A stretch of DNA of 63,944 nt, counting the filler, from Octopus bimaculoides (Eukaryota): NCBI RefSeq assembly GCF_001194135.2. It is 4 parts of 4 records of this genome, joined end to end, with 100 filler letters (N's around TTAATTAATTAA, not from the genome) between each part and the next. Parts side by side here need not be neighbours in the genome. Positions count along the whole stretch, not along the records: positions 1 to 24,511 come from NC_069004.1; positions 24,612 to 43,764 come from NC_069000.1; 2 more parts are not named here. The stretch is one strand, 5' to 3'. Shown in pieces: positions 23,031 through 35,169 of this stretch. The notes below the pieces were generated by a model that was given only the letters and a program-made list of their open reading frames with translations, searched no databases and was not told where the DNA came from. Numbering within the stretch: the first letter of the stretch is position 1; every line of letters starts with the position of its first letter. The position numbers and the translations under genes were made by a program.

Positions 23031-24003
23031 TAATATATATATGCCACCCAACACGCACAAATCGCAACATCCCGTGTCTAGCCAGGAAAATTTGTACTTT
23101 CGCAGATGATCCAAACACCAGGAATTCTGATCAAGGAAAAATACCCTTTCCCACTTATAGAAAATAGCATGCGATGAAAATATTCAGGACTCCAGTATTA
23201 CTCTAATTTTGGTGTTTATTGTTTAATAATAAGCACCCATCAAGTATATTGCAGAGTTCAATGATTTTTTTCACGTGAATATATATTGGTATTTTTCAAT
23301 ATAGTATATAATAAGAAGAAAATGGAGAGATTTAACAGGCAAACATCAATTTCTTAACATATTGTCAATCCTGTGGTAACAGACAATTGACGATATAGAT
23401 ATATATACGACGACGATCTTCTTTCATTTACATACATGCATACGCACAACTACATACATATATATATAGAAACATACATATAGGTACGTGTCTAAGTGAA
23501 ACGTGCCTCCTCAACATATACATATAAGGCAGGCGGTGGTAGTAAACCAAAGAGCTAGGTCATGGTGTTAAACTGGATGAGTCAAGTTTCCAACTCACGT
23601 AAGCCATGAGGAGATTTGTGCTCTAAACGCTCAGCACACCATCTCTAGCCACTCCTAGACATTGTCACCTTCTTAACATTGCTCACAACATATCCGAACG
23701 TGTGGTATCGCCCACGTTAAGAACCACTTGGGTGGTAATAATCTTGACAATTTGATGGTAGCAGCAGGGAGTGACTAGCTATGTCAAACGTTGACGATTT
23801 TGTTTGAGAGTAGAAGAGTAATGCTATGCAAAGCATTTCCAATGTATTAGCAAATCTTTATCATTGCTGTTGTTTAAATTCCAGCCATAGAGCTTTGTGC
23901 TTTTGGTTAGAAAGCAGGTACTTTTGAGGAGAAATAATTCAATTAAATAAGCGAACGCACATAAACACACACACACTGACACATACGCACGTACAAACAT
24001 ACG

Positions 24004-24086
<83 letters not shown>

Positions 24087-24159
24087 GTAGGTAGGTAGGT
24101 AGGTAGGTAGGTAGGTAGGTAGGTACGTAGATAGGTAGACAAATAGATAGATAGATAGG

Positions 24160-24511
24160 TTTCTTTATTAGCCACACAGGGCTCAACACAGAGGGGACAA
24201 AATACAAATGTAGAGTTTTTCTTTTCGAGGGGGTCGAAAACAAAGCAGAAAAAAAAACAAAAGTGGGGACAACGATGAAAAAAAAACATCGCAAAACGTT
24301 TGGGGTATTTACAAAAAATACGAAATAATACAAAAAATTCCCAATAAATGGGGAGGTTTTCCGTGGAAAGAAAAAACCTACGAAAAGACCACGGTAACCT
24401 CGGTCTTTAGCGTCACAGTTTGTTAAATAAAATTTCTTTTATTTAAGCAAGAAACGTAAGTAACTCTCTGTTTACAAAATTTTAAAACGTTTTATAGAAT
24501 CATGGTCAAGG
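24160..24511 (-). mobile_element. Non-LTR retroelement 3' end, same family as 63-260, truncated by the scaffold join
   Basis: tttctttattagccacacagggctcaacacagaggggacaaaatacaaatgtagag, adjacent to (GATA)n/(GGTA)n at 24003-24159. Confidence 0.6.
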
Positions 24512-24611
24512 NNNNNNNNNNNNNNNNNNNNNNNNNNNNNNNNNNNNNNNNNNNNTTAATTAATTAANNNNNNNNNNNNNNNNNNNNNNNNNNNNNNNNN
24601 NNNNNNNNNNN
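24512..24611. other. Artificial scaffold-join spacer (44 N + TTAATTAATTAA + 44 N)
   Basis: An exact 100-bp symmetrical structure found three times in the window. The 12-mer gives stops in all frames. Confidence 0.95.
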
Positions 24612-24860
24612 CCAAGCTCCTCTTGAGTGTTGGGCCTAATGGAAGCAAAGTGGCCAAGCTCCTCTTGAGTGTTGGGCCTAATGGAAGCAAAGTGGCCAAG
24701 CTCCTCTTGAGTGTTGGGCCTAATGGAAGCAAAGTGGCCAAGCTCCTCTTTAGTGTTGGGCCTAATGGAAGCAAAGTGGCCAAGCTCCTCTTGAGTGTTG
24801 GCCTAATGGAAGCAAAGTGGCCAAGCTCCTCTTGAGTGTTGGGCCTTATGGAGGCAATGA
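24612..24860. repeat. 42-bp minisatellite, about 6 copies (ccaagctcctcttgagtgttgggcctaatggaagcaaagtgg)
   Basis: Directly visible. One unit is 41 bp. It produces the repeating LATLLPLGPTLKRS ORF. Confidence 0.97.
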
Positions 24861-25125
24861 CCAAAACCTTTGGCATTATGTCGTGCTTGAGAAGAAGACT
24901 CATCAAGCAAAGTAAGATCGCAATAGTGGCAGACGCCAGTGTCATGCAAACAGCACCCACACCGGTGGCATGTAAAAGCACCCATTACACTCTTGGAGTG
25001 CTTGGTGTTAGGAATGGAATCCAGCTGTAGAAAACCATGCCAAATCAGATTAGATTCTGGTGCAGCCTTCCAGCGTGCCAGCCCAGTCAAACTGTCCAAC
25101 CAATACCAGCATGGACAACAGGCTT
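24860..25125 (+). mobile_element. Retroposon 3' segment (tentatively RTE-associated LINE or SINE tail)
   Basis: gcatgtaaaagcacccattacactcttggagtgcttggtgttaggaatggaatccagctgtagaaaacc...ccagcatgga. A degenerate inverted copy lies at 38740-38880. Confidence 0.55.
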
Positions 25126-25162
25126 ATTATCATTATATATATTATATTCATTATATATATTA

Positions 25163-26330
25163 CTAGCAGAAATACCCGGCTTTGCCCGGGTTAAAGAGAA
25201 TAATGAAATCTAAAAACGCCGTCTAGACTACGCAACCCTCAACTGTTAGTAGCTACGATACCATATTTCTACATTAATAACTCTCCAATCCATGCCAGCA
25301 TGGAACATAGACATTAAGTGGAATGCCAGTCTCTCATCTAGGAGGGCCTTGAAATCAATGTTACCAACTGGGGACTATGTGTGTCGCAGTGATAATAAAA
25401 AGACCCAAAGGAGGTCTGCAACGAAATAATTTTACTCAACACTTTGCAAGTGAATCAGTAGAGGCAAAGATGCGTCTCATTTACTTGACAATTTATGCAC
25501 CACATTGCAGAAATCACAATGTAAGTATNNNNNNNNNNNNNNNNNNNNNNNNNNNNNNNNNNNNNNNNNNNNNNNNNNNNNNNNNNNNNNNNNNNNNNNN
25601 NNNNNNNNNNNNNNNNNNNNNNNNNNNNNNNNNNNNNNNNNNNNNNNNNNNNNNNNNNNNNNNNNNNNNNNNNNNNNNNNNNNNNNNNNNNNNNNNNNNN
25701 NNNNNNNNNNNNNNNNNNNNNNNNNNNNNNNNNNNNNNNNNNNNNNNNNNNNNNNNNNNNNNNNNNNNNNNNNNNNNNNNNNNNNNNNNNNNNNNNNNNN
25801 NNNNNNNNNNNNNNNNNNNNNNNNNNNNNNNNNNNNNNNNNNNNNNNNNNNNNNNNNNNNNNNNNNNNNNNNNNNNNNNNNNNNNNNNNNNNNNNNNNNN
25901 NNNNNNNNNNNNNNNNNNNNNNNNNNNNNNNNNNNNNNNNNNNNNNNNNNNNNNNNNNNNNNNNNNNNNNNNNNNNNNNNNNNNNNNNNATGTACATATA
26001 CATCTATATGTATACATATACATCTCTCTCTCTCTCTTTCTCTCTTTCTCTCTCTCTCTGAAAGTATCTGTCATTACAGTATCGAAATGTGATTGTTTCA
26101 GTTAGTAGAATAGTTTCATTTTTAGAGTGAAAGTATTTGACAGGAGTGTTTTTGTTTCACTTTTGACACGTAATACTTAAATAGTGGAGGAGATATTATG
26201 TTGCCGTGGGCTCGAACTCTGCAAGAAGTTAAACATTTTTTTTGACTAAAACACAACTGGAACCCTTAGTAAGGCATGTGTAAAATTTGAATGAAATTGG
26301 TTGCGTAGCTCTCGAGTTTTAGGGATTCAC

Positions 26331-26374
<44 letters not shown>

Positions 26375-26391
26375 ATTTTTATATATATAGA
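25163..26391 (-). mobile_element. Non-autonomous Helitron-like element carrying a (GACA)n microsatellite
   Basis: Minus strand starts A|TCTATATATATAAAA and ends aacccgggcaaagccgggtatttctgCTAG|T. These are the TC 5' end, GC-rich subterminal hairpin, CTAG 3' end and AT target site with no TSD. Confidence 0.82.
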
Positions 26392-26409
26392 TATTCTAGT
26401 AGCTATGCT

Positions 26410-26875
26410 CCTGAAGCATCCATCCTTGCAACTAACTCAATCACCTAGGTAACAGAAGCTATCAACTACTTCAAGTTTTCTCCACTGGCATTTGATGGAG
26501 TCTATTTTTTGTACATTTTTAGTGTTAGGTGTACCTGTGCACCTTCTACACACAAAATCTGTTTTTCCTGTCAACCTTCCTCTGATATTGCTGTGTCCAT
26601 AGCTTGCACCAGGTACATCTTATGGAGTTTCTACCTACACCTTTTCTACAGATTGAGCAGGGCCTAAAGGGATTTCTGATTTTTCTGCTCTGCTACTTAC
26701 TTTAAGGCCTTTAATGCTACCACACCTGAAATTTCTTCTCTAGTTCTGGAAGTGATTTGGTGATGAGAACAAGGTCATCAGCATAGAGGAGCTCCCAGGG
26801 ACAGCCCAACTAAAATTCCTTTGTTATTGCCTGCAGGACTATGATGAACAAGAGGTGAACCTCTACTTGTACCCT
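26410..26875 (-). pseudogene. RTE-clade LINE reverse transcriptase fragment
   Basis: Minus translation GCPWELLYADDLVLITKSLPELEKKFQVW*, then a cysteine-rich segment (FVCRRCTG). Stops and frameshifts present. Confidence 0.85.
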
Positions 26876-27574
26876 AAATTCATTGCTGTGTGTATATATA
26901 TATATATATATATGTACATGTAGAAGGCTGAAAAGGAACACACAAGTTGATATGCATAAGTGAAATACGTCAAGGTAAAAAATGCTAAAATAATTTTATC
27001 ATAAAAAACATTTTAGTACTGGTTTCAGTCATTGAGACTTTTTCAACTTTAAGTATGGAAAACAATTAAATTTTGAAAAATTAAATGAAAAGTTCTTTAA
27101 AAGAATATTTGCATAGTATTCAAATACAAGGGGTATTTTCCTTGTTTCTGCCTGTCTCTGTCTCTCTTTTTTACTCTTGTGGGTTCAAGGTCATTGTGAA
27201 TTCTTGGCATATGTAATTGTTTAAAGAGAGCTAGATCGACAATACTAAAATATATTTGAAACAATGGACAACAGTCAAAATATCATAATGGATGGGTAAA
27301 TAAGCATCCTTAAAATAAAACAACAGTATCAAAGGTAAACAAATGTATCAATAAATAGAAGAGAGGGAAGGGAACATCACCTTTCAAGTAACTCAGAATA
27401 GGTAAAAGTAAGCTTGCCAAAGTGTAATGCAGTTTAAATACATAGATTAAGATAGATTGGTATTGGATATTCATGGGAGATAAATAAATAGAGAAAATCC
27501 TTTCACTTTTATAAAAAGATTAAAAAAGTATAGAAAACCCTACATTAAAAAAACATGTCCATTTACATCCATTT

Positions 27575-27725
27575 ATGTAGGAACTCTGGGCAAAACGTTA
27601 TAGTGCATGACCATCCTTGGGACATATGTAATGCGTGTGTAAAGTTTGGTGAAAATCGGTTGAGAATTGTGGAAATGCATGTGTTAGTCATTATACACAG
27701 ACATACTGTGATTTATATATACTAG
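27575..27725 (-). mobile_element. Helitron-like 5' fragment
   Basis: gtgtaaagtttggtgaaaatcggttgagaattgtgg...tttatatat resembles the 5' part of 25163-26391. Confidence 0.4.
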
Positions 27726-27839
27726 ACAATATAGAAAAAAACAAATATTAAATTACTTTATAAACCTACGATAAATAATATGCAATTTAATAATAATTAT
27801 AATTATTCTTAAAGTGACAAATACGTAAATAATAAATCA

Positions 27840-28218
27840 GAAAAAAATAAATCTGTAATTAACTTGAATACTTATACCCTTGATAATCCTTGTAATATTA
27901 GTAATAGCAAAAATAAACCATATACCTCTTTCATAAACTTTACTAAATCGAAAATGGATTATAAATACTATAAAAACAATCCTGAGGAATCTAACAATAT
28001 TTGGTTTATCATTCCATATGCAATGCAAATTAAAAATAATTTAATTAAATCTATTTACAGGTCTATTTATAAACATTTTAATAAAGATAATAAATATAGT
28101 GAAATTATTAATTATAGATATTTTTGAGTTGGTTATAGTTTAACTCATAATCTGTTCAGAATTATATCTTCTATTAATAACAGAAAACTGGATAATTTCT
28201 ACAGTAATAGAAATATTA
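27840..28218 (+). pseudogene. Penelope-like element fragment (RT-to-endonuclease linker)
   Basis: NIWFIIPYAMQIKNNLIKSIYRSIYKHFNKDNKYSEIINYRYF*VGYSLTHNLFRIISSINNRKL resembles the recalled PLE motif IIWFNPPY...DKHF...KVSYS..N...IIS.HN.K. Confidence 0.65.
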
Positions 28219-28230
28219 TCTTCTATATAT

Positions 28231-28278
<48 letters not shown>

Positions 28279-28491
28279 NNNNNNNNNNNNNNNNNNNNNN
28301 NNNNNNNNNNNNNNNNNNNNNNNNNNNNNNNNNNNNNNNNNNNNNNNNNNNNNNNNNNNNNNNNNNNNNNNNNNNNNNNNNNNNNNNNNNNNNNNNNNNN
28401 NNNNNNNNNNNNNNNNNNNNNNNNNNNNNNNNNNNNNNNNNNNNNNNNNNNNNNNNNNNNNNNNNNNNNNNNNNNNNNNNNNNNNNNNNNN

Positions 28492-28530
<39 letters not shown>

Positions 28531-30661
28531 TGTGTGTGTGTTCCTTATGCACTCGAAAAACTGAGTTACCGATTTTGACATATGGGGTATCAAAAGATTC
28601 AGTAATCTTTTGGCTAACAAATAAACTTTATATTTATTAACAAATTTTCTACACTAACTCAACAACCAGCTATAGTTATTTGAAAGTGAAAATAGTTTCA
28701 TACTTTCAATTTGAACAAAAATTATAAAGTTTTCTATTATGAGTGACAATGTGTGAATAATAAAAGTAATGTTTCTCCATTAATCACATCTGTACTATAA
28801 TAAAGAAAGCTTCTTATCATCTATCTATATATATAAAGGCTACCAAATAAACTGCTTTTGGCACAACAACTCTTTTTTTACTACTAGAATAATCTCAGAA
28901 ACGAGGTCAGGTTGCATAATTTTGAGGTCATTTTCAAGCAATATTTTGCTTTGCTTCTAATGTTTCACTTTCATAGAATTCTACTCAAATATTTATGAAA
29001 ATGTACACATAAATATTGTATTAAAAATAAGCTAGAAAAATTTCATCAAAATATATCCATCTCTAGTGAGGAAATACAGTCACTCACTCTCTCTCTCACA
29101 CAGGCACACGTACACATACACACAAAAAGATGTATTTATGTGTATTTATGTGCGTGTATATGAAAGATAATGTGTGTGTGTGAGAGAGAGAGCAAGTGAG
29201 TGCCACTTACACATACATGCCAAAAAATACATGACAACCCACACCTTCACTCACTCTCTCTCTCTCTCTCTCTCTCTCTCATGCACACACACATATCCAT
29301 ACATCTTTCACTTTCTGCTCTCACTTCAAAGAAAATATCACCTTTTCACTTTCTCTTCTCTTTCTGCTCTCTTCAAAATGTAAAGAAATAAAAATTTTCT
29401 ACAGAAATTAATGAACAATCATATGATCAAGGTAACAACTTTGCTGCTAAAATGAAAGAATGCCATAAAATAACTTTGGCATAAACATGCACATGTGTGC
29501 GCACACACACACACACACACTCTAGGTAAAACTTCTGTAGAAATTATGTTATTTCTTGCTGAGTGCATGCGCAAAATTAAAGCTCAAATCCAATTGAAAT
29601 GACCTTTTTCTATTCTGTAATTTGTGTTTGTGATGAGCATATTTAAAAACCTGATCTTCCATATAAACTTAAAAGGAAGTTTTCCCAGAAATCTTGTCCT
29701 TTACCTGTTGTTTCTAGCACCCCCACCCTTATTTCTTACCTAAATTTTTTCCCATTACTATGTTTTTGATACAGGAGATTAGGATTTCTCCCAAAAAACA
29801 CATTCTCAACATCTCATTTTCTCACTCTCTACCCCAATTTCTTCATTTCTTACTTTTTCCAAAGTTTTTTCACAGAGAAAAAAAACAGAGAGTATGAATC
29901 TTTAAGAATTTTCTTCTTCCTTTTTTCTTAAGGAAACACTAATATCTCCCTCCNNNNNNNNNNNNNNNNNNNNNNNNNNNNNNNNNNNNNNNNNNNNNNN
30001 NNNNNNNNNNNNNNNNNNNNNNNNNNNNNNNNNNNNNNNNNNNNNNNNNNNNNNNNNNNNNNNNNNNNNNNNNNNNNNNNNNNNNNNNNNNNNNNNNNNN
30101 NNNNNNNNNNNNNNNNNNNNNNNNNNNNNNNNNNNNNNNNNNNNNNNNNNNNNNNNNNNNNNNNNNNNNNNNNNNNNNNNNNNNNNNNNNNNNNNNNNNN
30201 NNNNNNNNNGTGATGGGTGGGTGAGGTGGGGGAAAGGGTATTGAATGTTCCTTTAAGAAAAATTAAACTTAAAAAAATATATATATATTTCCCAGATTCA
30301 TAATCTCTGTATTTTTCTACATGGATAAAAAAAGAAATTCAGAAAAAAAGTTACAAATTAAGAAATTGTGGGGATGAGGAAATTAAGAGTTTTGAAAACG
30401 TGATTTCTGGACAAAATCATATTAACCCCTTTTTATACAAGGAAACAATACATAGTTTGTGATCCTTCTTAAGAACAGAAAGCACTTTCATGCAAACCCA
30501 TGCAAACTGTACCCTCCCCGCCTTCACTTTAAAACTTCCATTACGCCAATAATCCAGTTCACTATATTTCAGCTGTGGTGATTCTGCCCATAAGAAAGGA
30601 ACAAATAATACAATGTGGTTGTAGGTCATAATACCCGAACAACACTGGGATGCATTGCTAG
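28219..30661 (+). mobile_element. Non-autonomous Helitron-like element(s), with a second nested start at 28824
   Basis: A|TCTTCTATATATATAA at 28219, A|TCTATATATATAAA at 28824, and a degraded hairpin acccgaacaacactggga followed by CTAG|T at 30658-30661. Which start pairs with this end is uncertain. Confidence 0.6.
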
Positions 30662-31206
30662 TTTACAGTAATTATGGGCAGGATATTGAGGCACTTAAAA
30701 AGAGGCATGTATAGCAGGTAATTAAGGCACTAAATATAGGTATTTATGGCACTAAAATAGGTATTTATACTACTAACAAATAAGAATTTAAACAAGCAAA
30801 CATAGCATTTAAAAGGTACATAAGTGTTTACAACACTAAAAATTAGTATTGTGTAACAGAGAAGAAGTATTGCTTAATGAGATATGCTGATGGGATCGTA
30901 AATATAGTCATGAAGCAAAAGTTATGCCTGTTTATTTTTCAGTAGAAACTGTTTATAACACAGGCAATAAAATGAAATTAGTCAAAACTGAAAATATCTA
31001 TTACAACGTTAAATAAGGTAACATAATTTTGTACTATTTGGTTAATGGAATTTATAATCCATGTGAAATAGAAAAGTTTTAATAAGAAAACATACAGATA
31101 GAAAAGAGAACACACTTTCTAAAAACAGAAATAAAATAAAACAAAACAATACTAAACAGCAGCAAACAAAAACATTTATACATCACCACCATTACTATAG
31201 GTATTG

Positions 31207-32605
31207 TTACAAGATGCCACTAAAAGGTTTTTTTATGTTTTCACAAGTCAAATTCAACCATTGATCTGAAAGCAGATGTTTTAGTTTTGAAAAAGATCTT
31301 TCAACTTCGATCGATGTCAAAGGTGCATGTTTGAAAGATGCTATATCACTCGGTGAGAGCTTTCAGCATATTGTGCATTTGCCCTTTAAATAACTTTTGC
31401 AATATCTGTTGTAGGCCGGTATCGGCATCAATCATTTTTTGACATTTTTTTTGCTATGTGTCTGCCCCTCTCTCCAGTAGTACTCCTCACCTTTTCAATT
31501 GTGCTGTCAAACAAAGATAGAGCTTCTAGCACAGAATGTTCCGCGTTTTCTAAAGCTAGTATAGTTTGTGGTAGCATTTGAAAATGTGCAACAATAGGGG
31601 AAGGATCGCTATGAACACTGGAGTTACGAATCAAATCTTGGACAATATGTGTAGAGGAAGCTTCTTCACTGTTCAATGCATTAAAAATTTCCTTTAGAGT
31701 ATCAATATTTGAGAACGGGTTGTGGAGGTAAACTCAGTGTTGGTGGATGTTCATGGGAAAGTTCACACTTACATGGAGATTTAAGAAATATTTTTTACCA
31801 TTTGCAATCAACCTATCAGCATCTGGAAATAGTAAGCATACTTCTTCAGCAATTCTATGGAATTCATGTATTAAACATGTTACATGGATTGTTTTAGCAG
31901 CCTTTTTCATATAATGGGCAGCATCTGTCACAAATAGTAACACATTGTCATACTTGAAACCATCAGTCCACAGTAATGCTAAAGAAGTGAATAGTTGTGT
32001 GATAGTAGAACTGTTAGTAAGAGTAAGAAATTTTGATATTAGTAAATGCATGCTTCGGCTATCGGACTTTTCTCAAGTACCTACAATGATATTCGCAAGG
32101 TGCCTACCCACAAAAATCAGTGGTTTCATTTATTGAAATATATATTTGCTTATCTCCGACAGCTTCCTTGATCTTGTTCATAGTTTCTGCACAATATTTG
32201 TCTATATAGTATTTTCTAAGAGTTGATTCTTTTAGAATACTTTTCTCAGTATACTTCTCCAAAAATGATTTCAAACTTTCATTTTTTAATTTTCATATTA
32301 ATATATCTGCATCAAAACATCCTGGTTGAAATTAAGCTCCACATTCAATAAAGATGATGAACAGAAACCGCAACAGAACAGGATGCATTTCGTGATGATT
32401 GGTGACTATTAAGTTCTAGATCAGCTTTTCTATACCTTTTTGTATGTAAGTGTTGAAGGACAAAATATCTTTTCTTCATATTCAGCTCTGCTTTACACAA
32501 CTTACAATGGAGCATTCTATCTTCAGTGGTGGAAAACACATTTTCACCGAATTCATGAAGATAACCAAATAATTTGGCACTCCCTGTTCTTTTTTCTTTT
32601 GGCAT
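31207..32605 (-). pseudogene. hAT-like transposase pseudogene with a CGGBP1-like N-terminal zinc finger
   Basis: MPKEKRTGSAKLFGYLHEFGENVFSTTEDRMLHCKLCKAELNMKKRYFVLQHLHT, VLLFVTDAAHYMKKAAK..IHVTCLIHEFHRIAEE, and C-terminal TSIEVERSFSKLKHLLSD. Multiple stops and frameshifts. Confidence 0.85.
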
Positions 32606-33042
32606 GGGGTCTGAATTACACTTAACTTATTCTATAAAATATATTTTAAACATCTGGAAAAGATAAAAGTAAAATTTTGTTGAAATATGTGCTACTGTAG
32701 AATCTACTCTATGTACGGAGAAGCACAAATGTTACCAGTCATGTGACCACCTCACTCCCCAAATTTGTTGACTTTAAATAGGTTACGTATGCACAATACG
32801 ACCACAATATGAAAGTTTAAGAATTTTCTGTTATTTTAATTGCATAATAGATGGAGAACCATCAATGGTGGGTGGGGGGGAATCAGAAACTATATTGAAG
32901 AAACAGTGTCTTAGAGGTGGCTTTCAAGGAAAAAAAAAAAACGAAAACTTTGCCTTTTTAATAAAAAACAAAAAAACTTTTACCATAGATTTTTAGAAAT
33001 ATAAAACATAAACAACAGGCATTATATAGGCATTTATATAGG

Positions 33043-33215
33043 CACAAGGCCTGAAATTTTGGGGGATGGGGCTAGTCGATTAGATCGACCCCAAAGTGTA
33101 CTTAATTTATCAACCCTGAAAGGCAAAGTTGACCTCAGCGGAATTTGAAATGCAGACGAAATGCCGCTAAGCATTTTGCCTGGCATTGTAATGATTCTGC
33201 CAACCCACCACCTTG
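33043..33215 (-). mobile_element. SINE family A
   Basis: ggcacaaggcctgaaatttt...gtcgattagatcgacccc...ggcaaagttgacctcagcggaatttgaa. Confidence 0.8.
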
Positions 33216-33224
33216 TCCTGTCTC

Positions 33225-33800
33225 TAATAATAATTCTTCACAACACCAACATGATTTCACAAACCTTAATAACATTAACAGTCCTACATAACTTAATGAT
33301 AGAAGAGAATTAACCCATATTAACTCCCTTCTTAAAAATACTTCAAACAAATTTATATTTAGGGATGCAAACAAAACCTGAGACTGTAAAGTTAAAATTA
33401 GTTGTAAATTTAAAAACTTATGCTAGAAAAATAACTAAGTTTACCAATGTATAGTTGAATCACAAGGAAAGAAATTCTATTATATAGAGTCAACCGAGAA
33501 CAGAATTAAAATTAGGGTCACTAACCATTTACATAGCTTTAAAAATAGACAAAAAATGAAATCCACCAGGTTAAGTAAGTTCATATGGCAATTAAAGCAT
33601 AACAAAATTTAATTTAATCTTAGGTGGAAAACTGCTAGTTTTGCTAAATCATACAGAATCTCAAATAATTGCAGTGAGTTGTGTACTGGGGAGGCCTACC
33701 AAATTCTTATATCTAAGAACCATCTCCTCAACTCAAGAAATGGAAAAAATTTATCTTGAGTACATTCCACAAAATATGTTTTTACTAAATTTAATTAGAT
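33225..33800 (+). pseudogene. Penelope-like element GIY-YIG endonuclease relic
   Basis: One frame with stops: T*DCKVKISCKFKNLC*KNN*VYQCIVESQGKKFYYIESTENRIKIRVTNHLHSFKNRQKMKSTRLSKFIWQLKHNKI*FNLRWK...CSELCTGEAYQILISKNHLLNSRN. This shows the Cys-rich linker, VY..YIxST and LLNxR features of PLE endonucleases. Confidence 0.8.
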
Positions 33801-34252
33801 TATAGAGTAATATAAAATTATATAAGGTTCATATGATATCCTCTATAATTAATTAATGTAAATTAATATAGATCATAGATTATATTAATTAAATATAGAT
33901 TATATTAATACTATTCATAATTTAATTTCATAAATAGATTAATAAGTGGTTGGATACTTTTAACTGTAACCTCACTGTCAATCTTATAAATATTAATGAA
34001 TATAAACATACATATACAGACATACACATGTTTTACCAAAATAAATTAGATCACAACATTAAATTATACATTAATTAAAACCAAATACTATAGAACTGAA
34101 TGAACACATACACATATATATACATGTGTGTGTGTGTGTGTGTGTGAGTGTGATAGTAACAGTAAACCTTTTATTGTCATATAATTATGTACACACGCAT
34201 AAACTGAAACCATTATGATCTGATATTGTCTCTGAAACACTTACGCACATAC

Positions 34253-34640
34253 TCTTTTACTTGTTTCAGTCATTTGACTGTGGCCATGCTGGAGCACCAC
34301 CTTTAGTAGAGAAAATCGACCCCAGGACTTATTCTTTGGAAGCCTAGTACTTATTCTATCGGTCTCTTTTGCCGAACCGCTAAGTTACGGGGACGTAAAC
34401 ACACCACCATCGGTTGTCAAGTGATGTTGGGGGGACAAACACAGACACACAAACATATACACACACATACATATATACGATGGGCTTCTTTCAGTTTCCG
34501 TCTACCAAATCCACTCACAAGGCTTTGGTCGGCCTGAGGCTATAGTAGAAGACACTTGCCCAAGGTGCCACGCAGTGGGACTGAACCCGGAACCATGTGG
34601 TTGGTAAGCAAGCTACTTACCACACAGCCACTCCTACGCC
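34253..34640 (-). mobile_element. SINE family B, full length and CpG-intact (young)
   Basis: tRNA-like head (ggcgtaggagtggctgtgtggtaagtagcttgcttaccaaccacatggttccgggttcagtccc), short internal CA/AT repeat, tail ending aagtaaaagag. Confidence 0.92.
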
Positions 34641-35169
34641 ATGTACACAAATTCAAATTACTTTAGCCAATGGGCATAGATATCAATAGTGTCCGTATGT
34701 AGCTTTTTTGTTTTATATATCTGTGTGTAAATATGTATATGTATGTACATTTATTTATGTATATACTTTTATATATCTATATCTGTACGTATATGTGTAT
34801 CAATATACAGTGGGGGGAAATAAATATTTGTACATGTCAAAATTCTTTATTTATTTAATTTCTAATGAACATAAATGGGATATACCAATACTATATTTGC
34901 ATAAACATGCATAAACTAAGAATATGCCAAAGAAACCAATAAATTATAGTAACTAATGAATTTATACACAATCATAAATATTTAGGGGTGAAAAAAGTAT
35001 TCGTACAAAATAAATTTATGATTTTCTATGCCACAAAATACTGTTAAAATGATTTTTTTTACTAGAACTTTCTCGTTTGTTCCAATAATCTTATCAGTAG
35101 TCATTTTTAAGTGTCAAAACGCTAGCTTCTTCATTCAGCACTGAGACAACGTAAAGTAGTGTTGTAATA

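Noticed and set aside
24556-24567. TTAATTAATTAA as a piggyBac target or conserved motif
   Set aside because: It is centred in exactly 44+44 N three times, so it is an assembly spacer.
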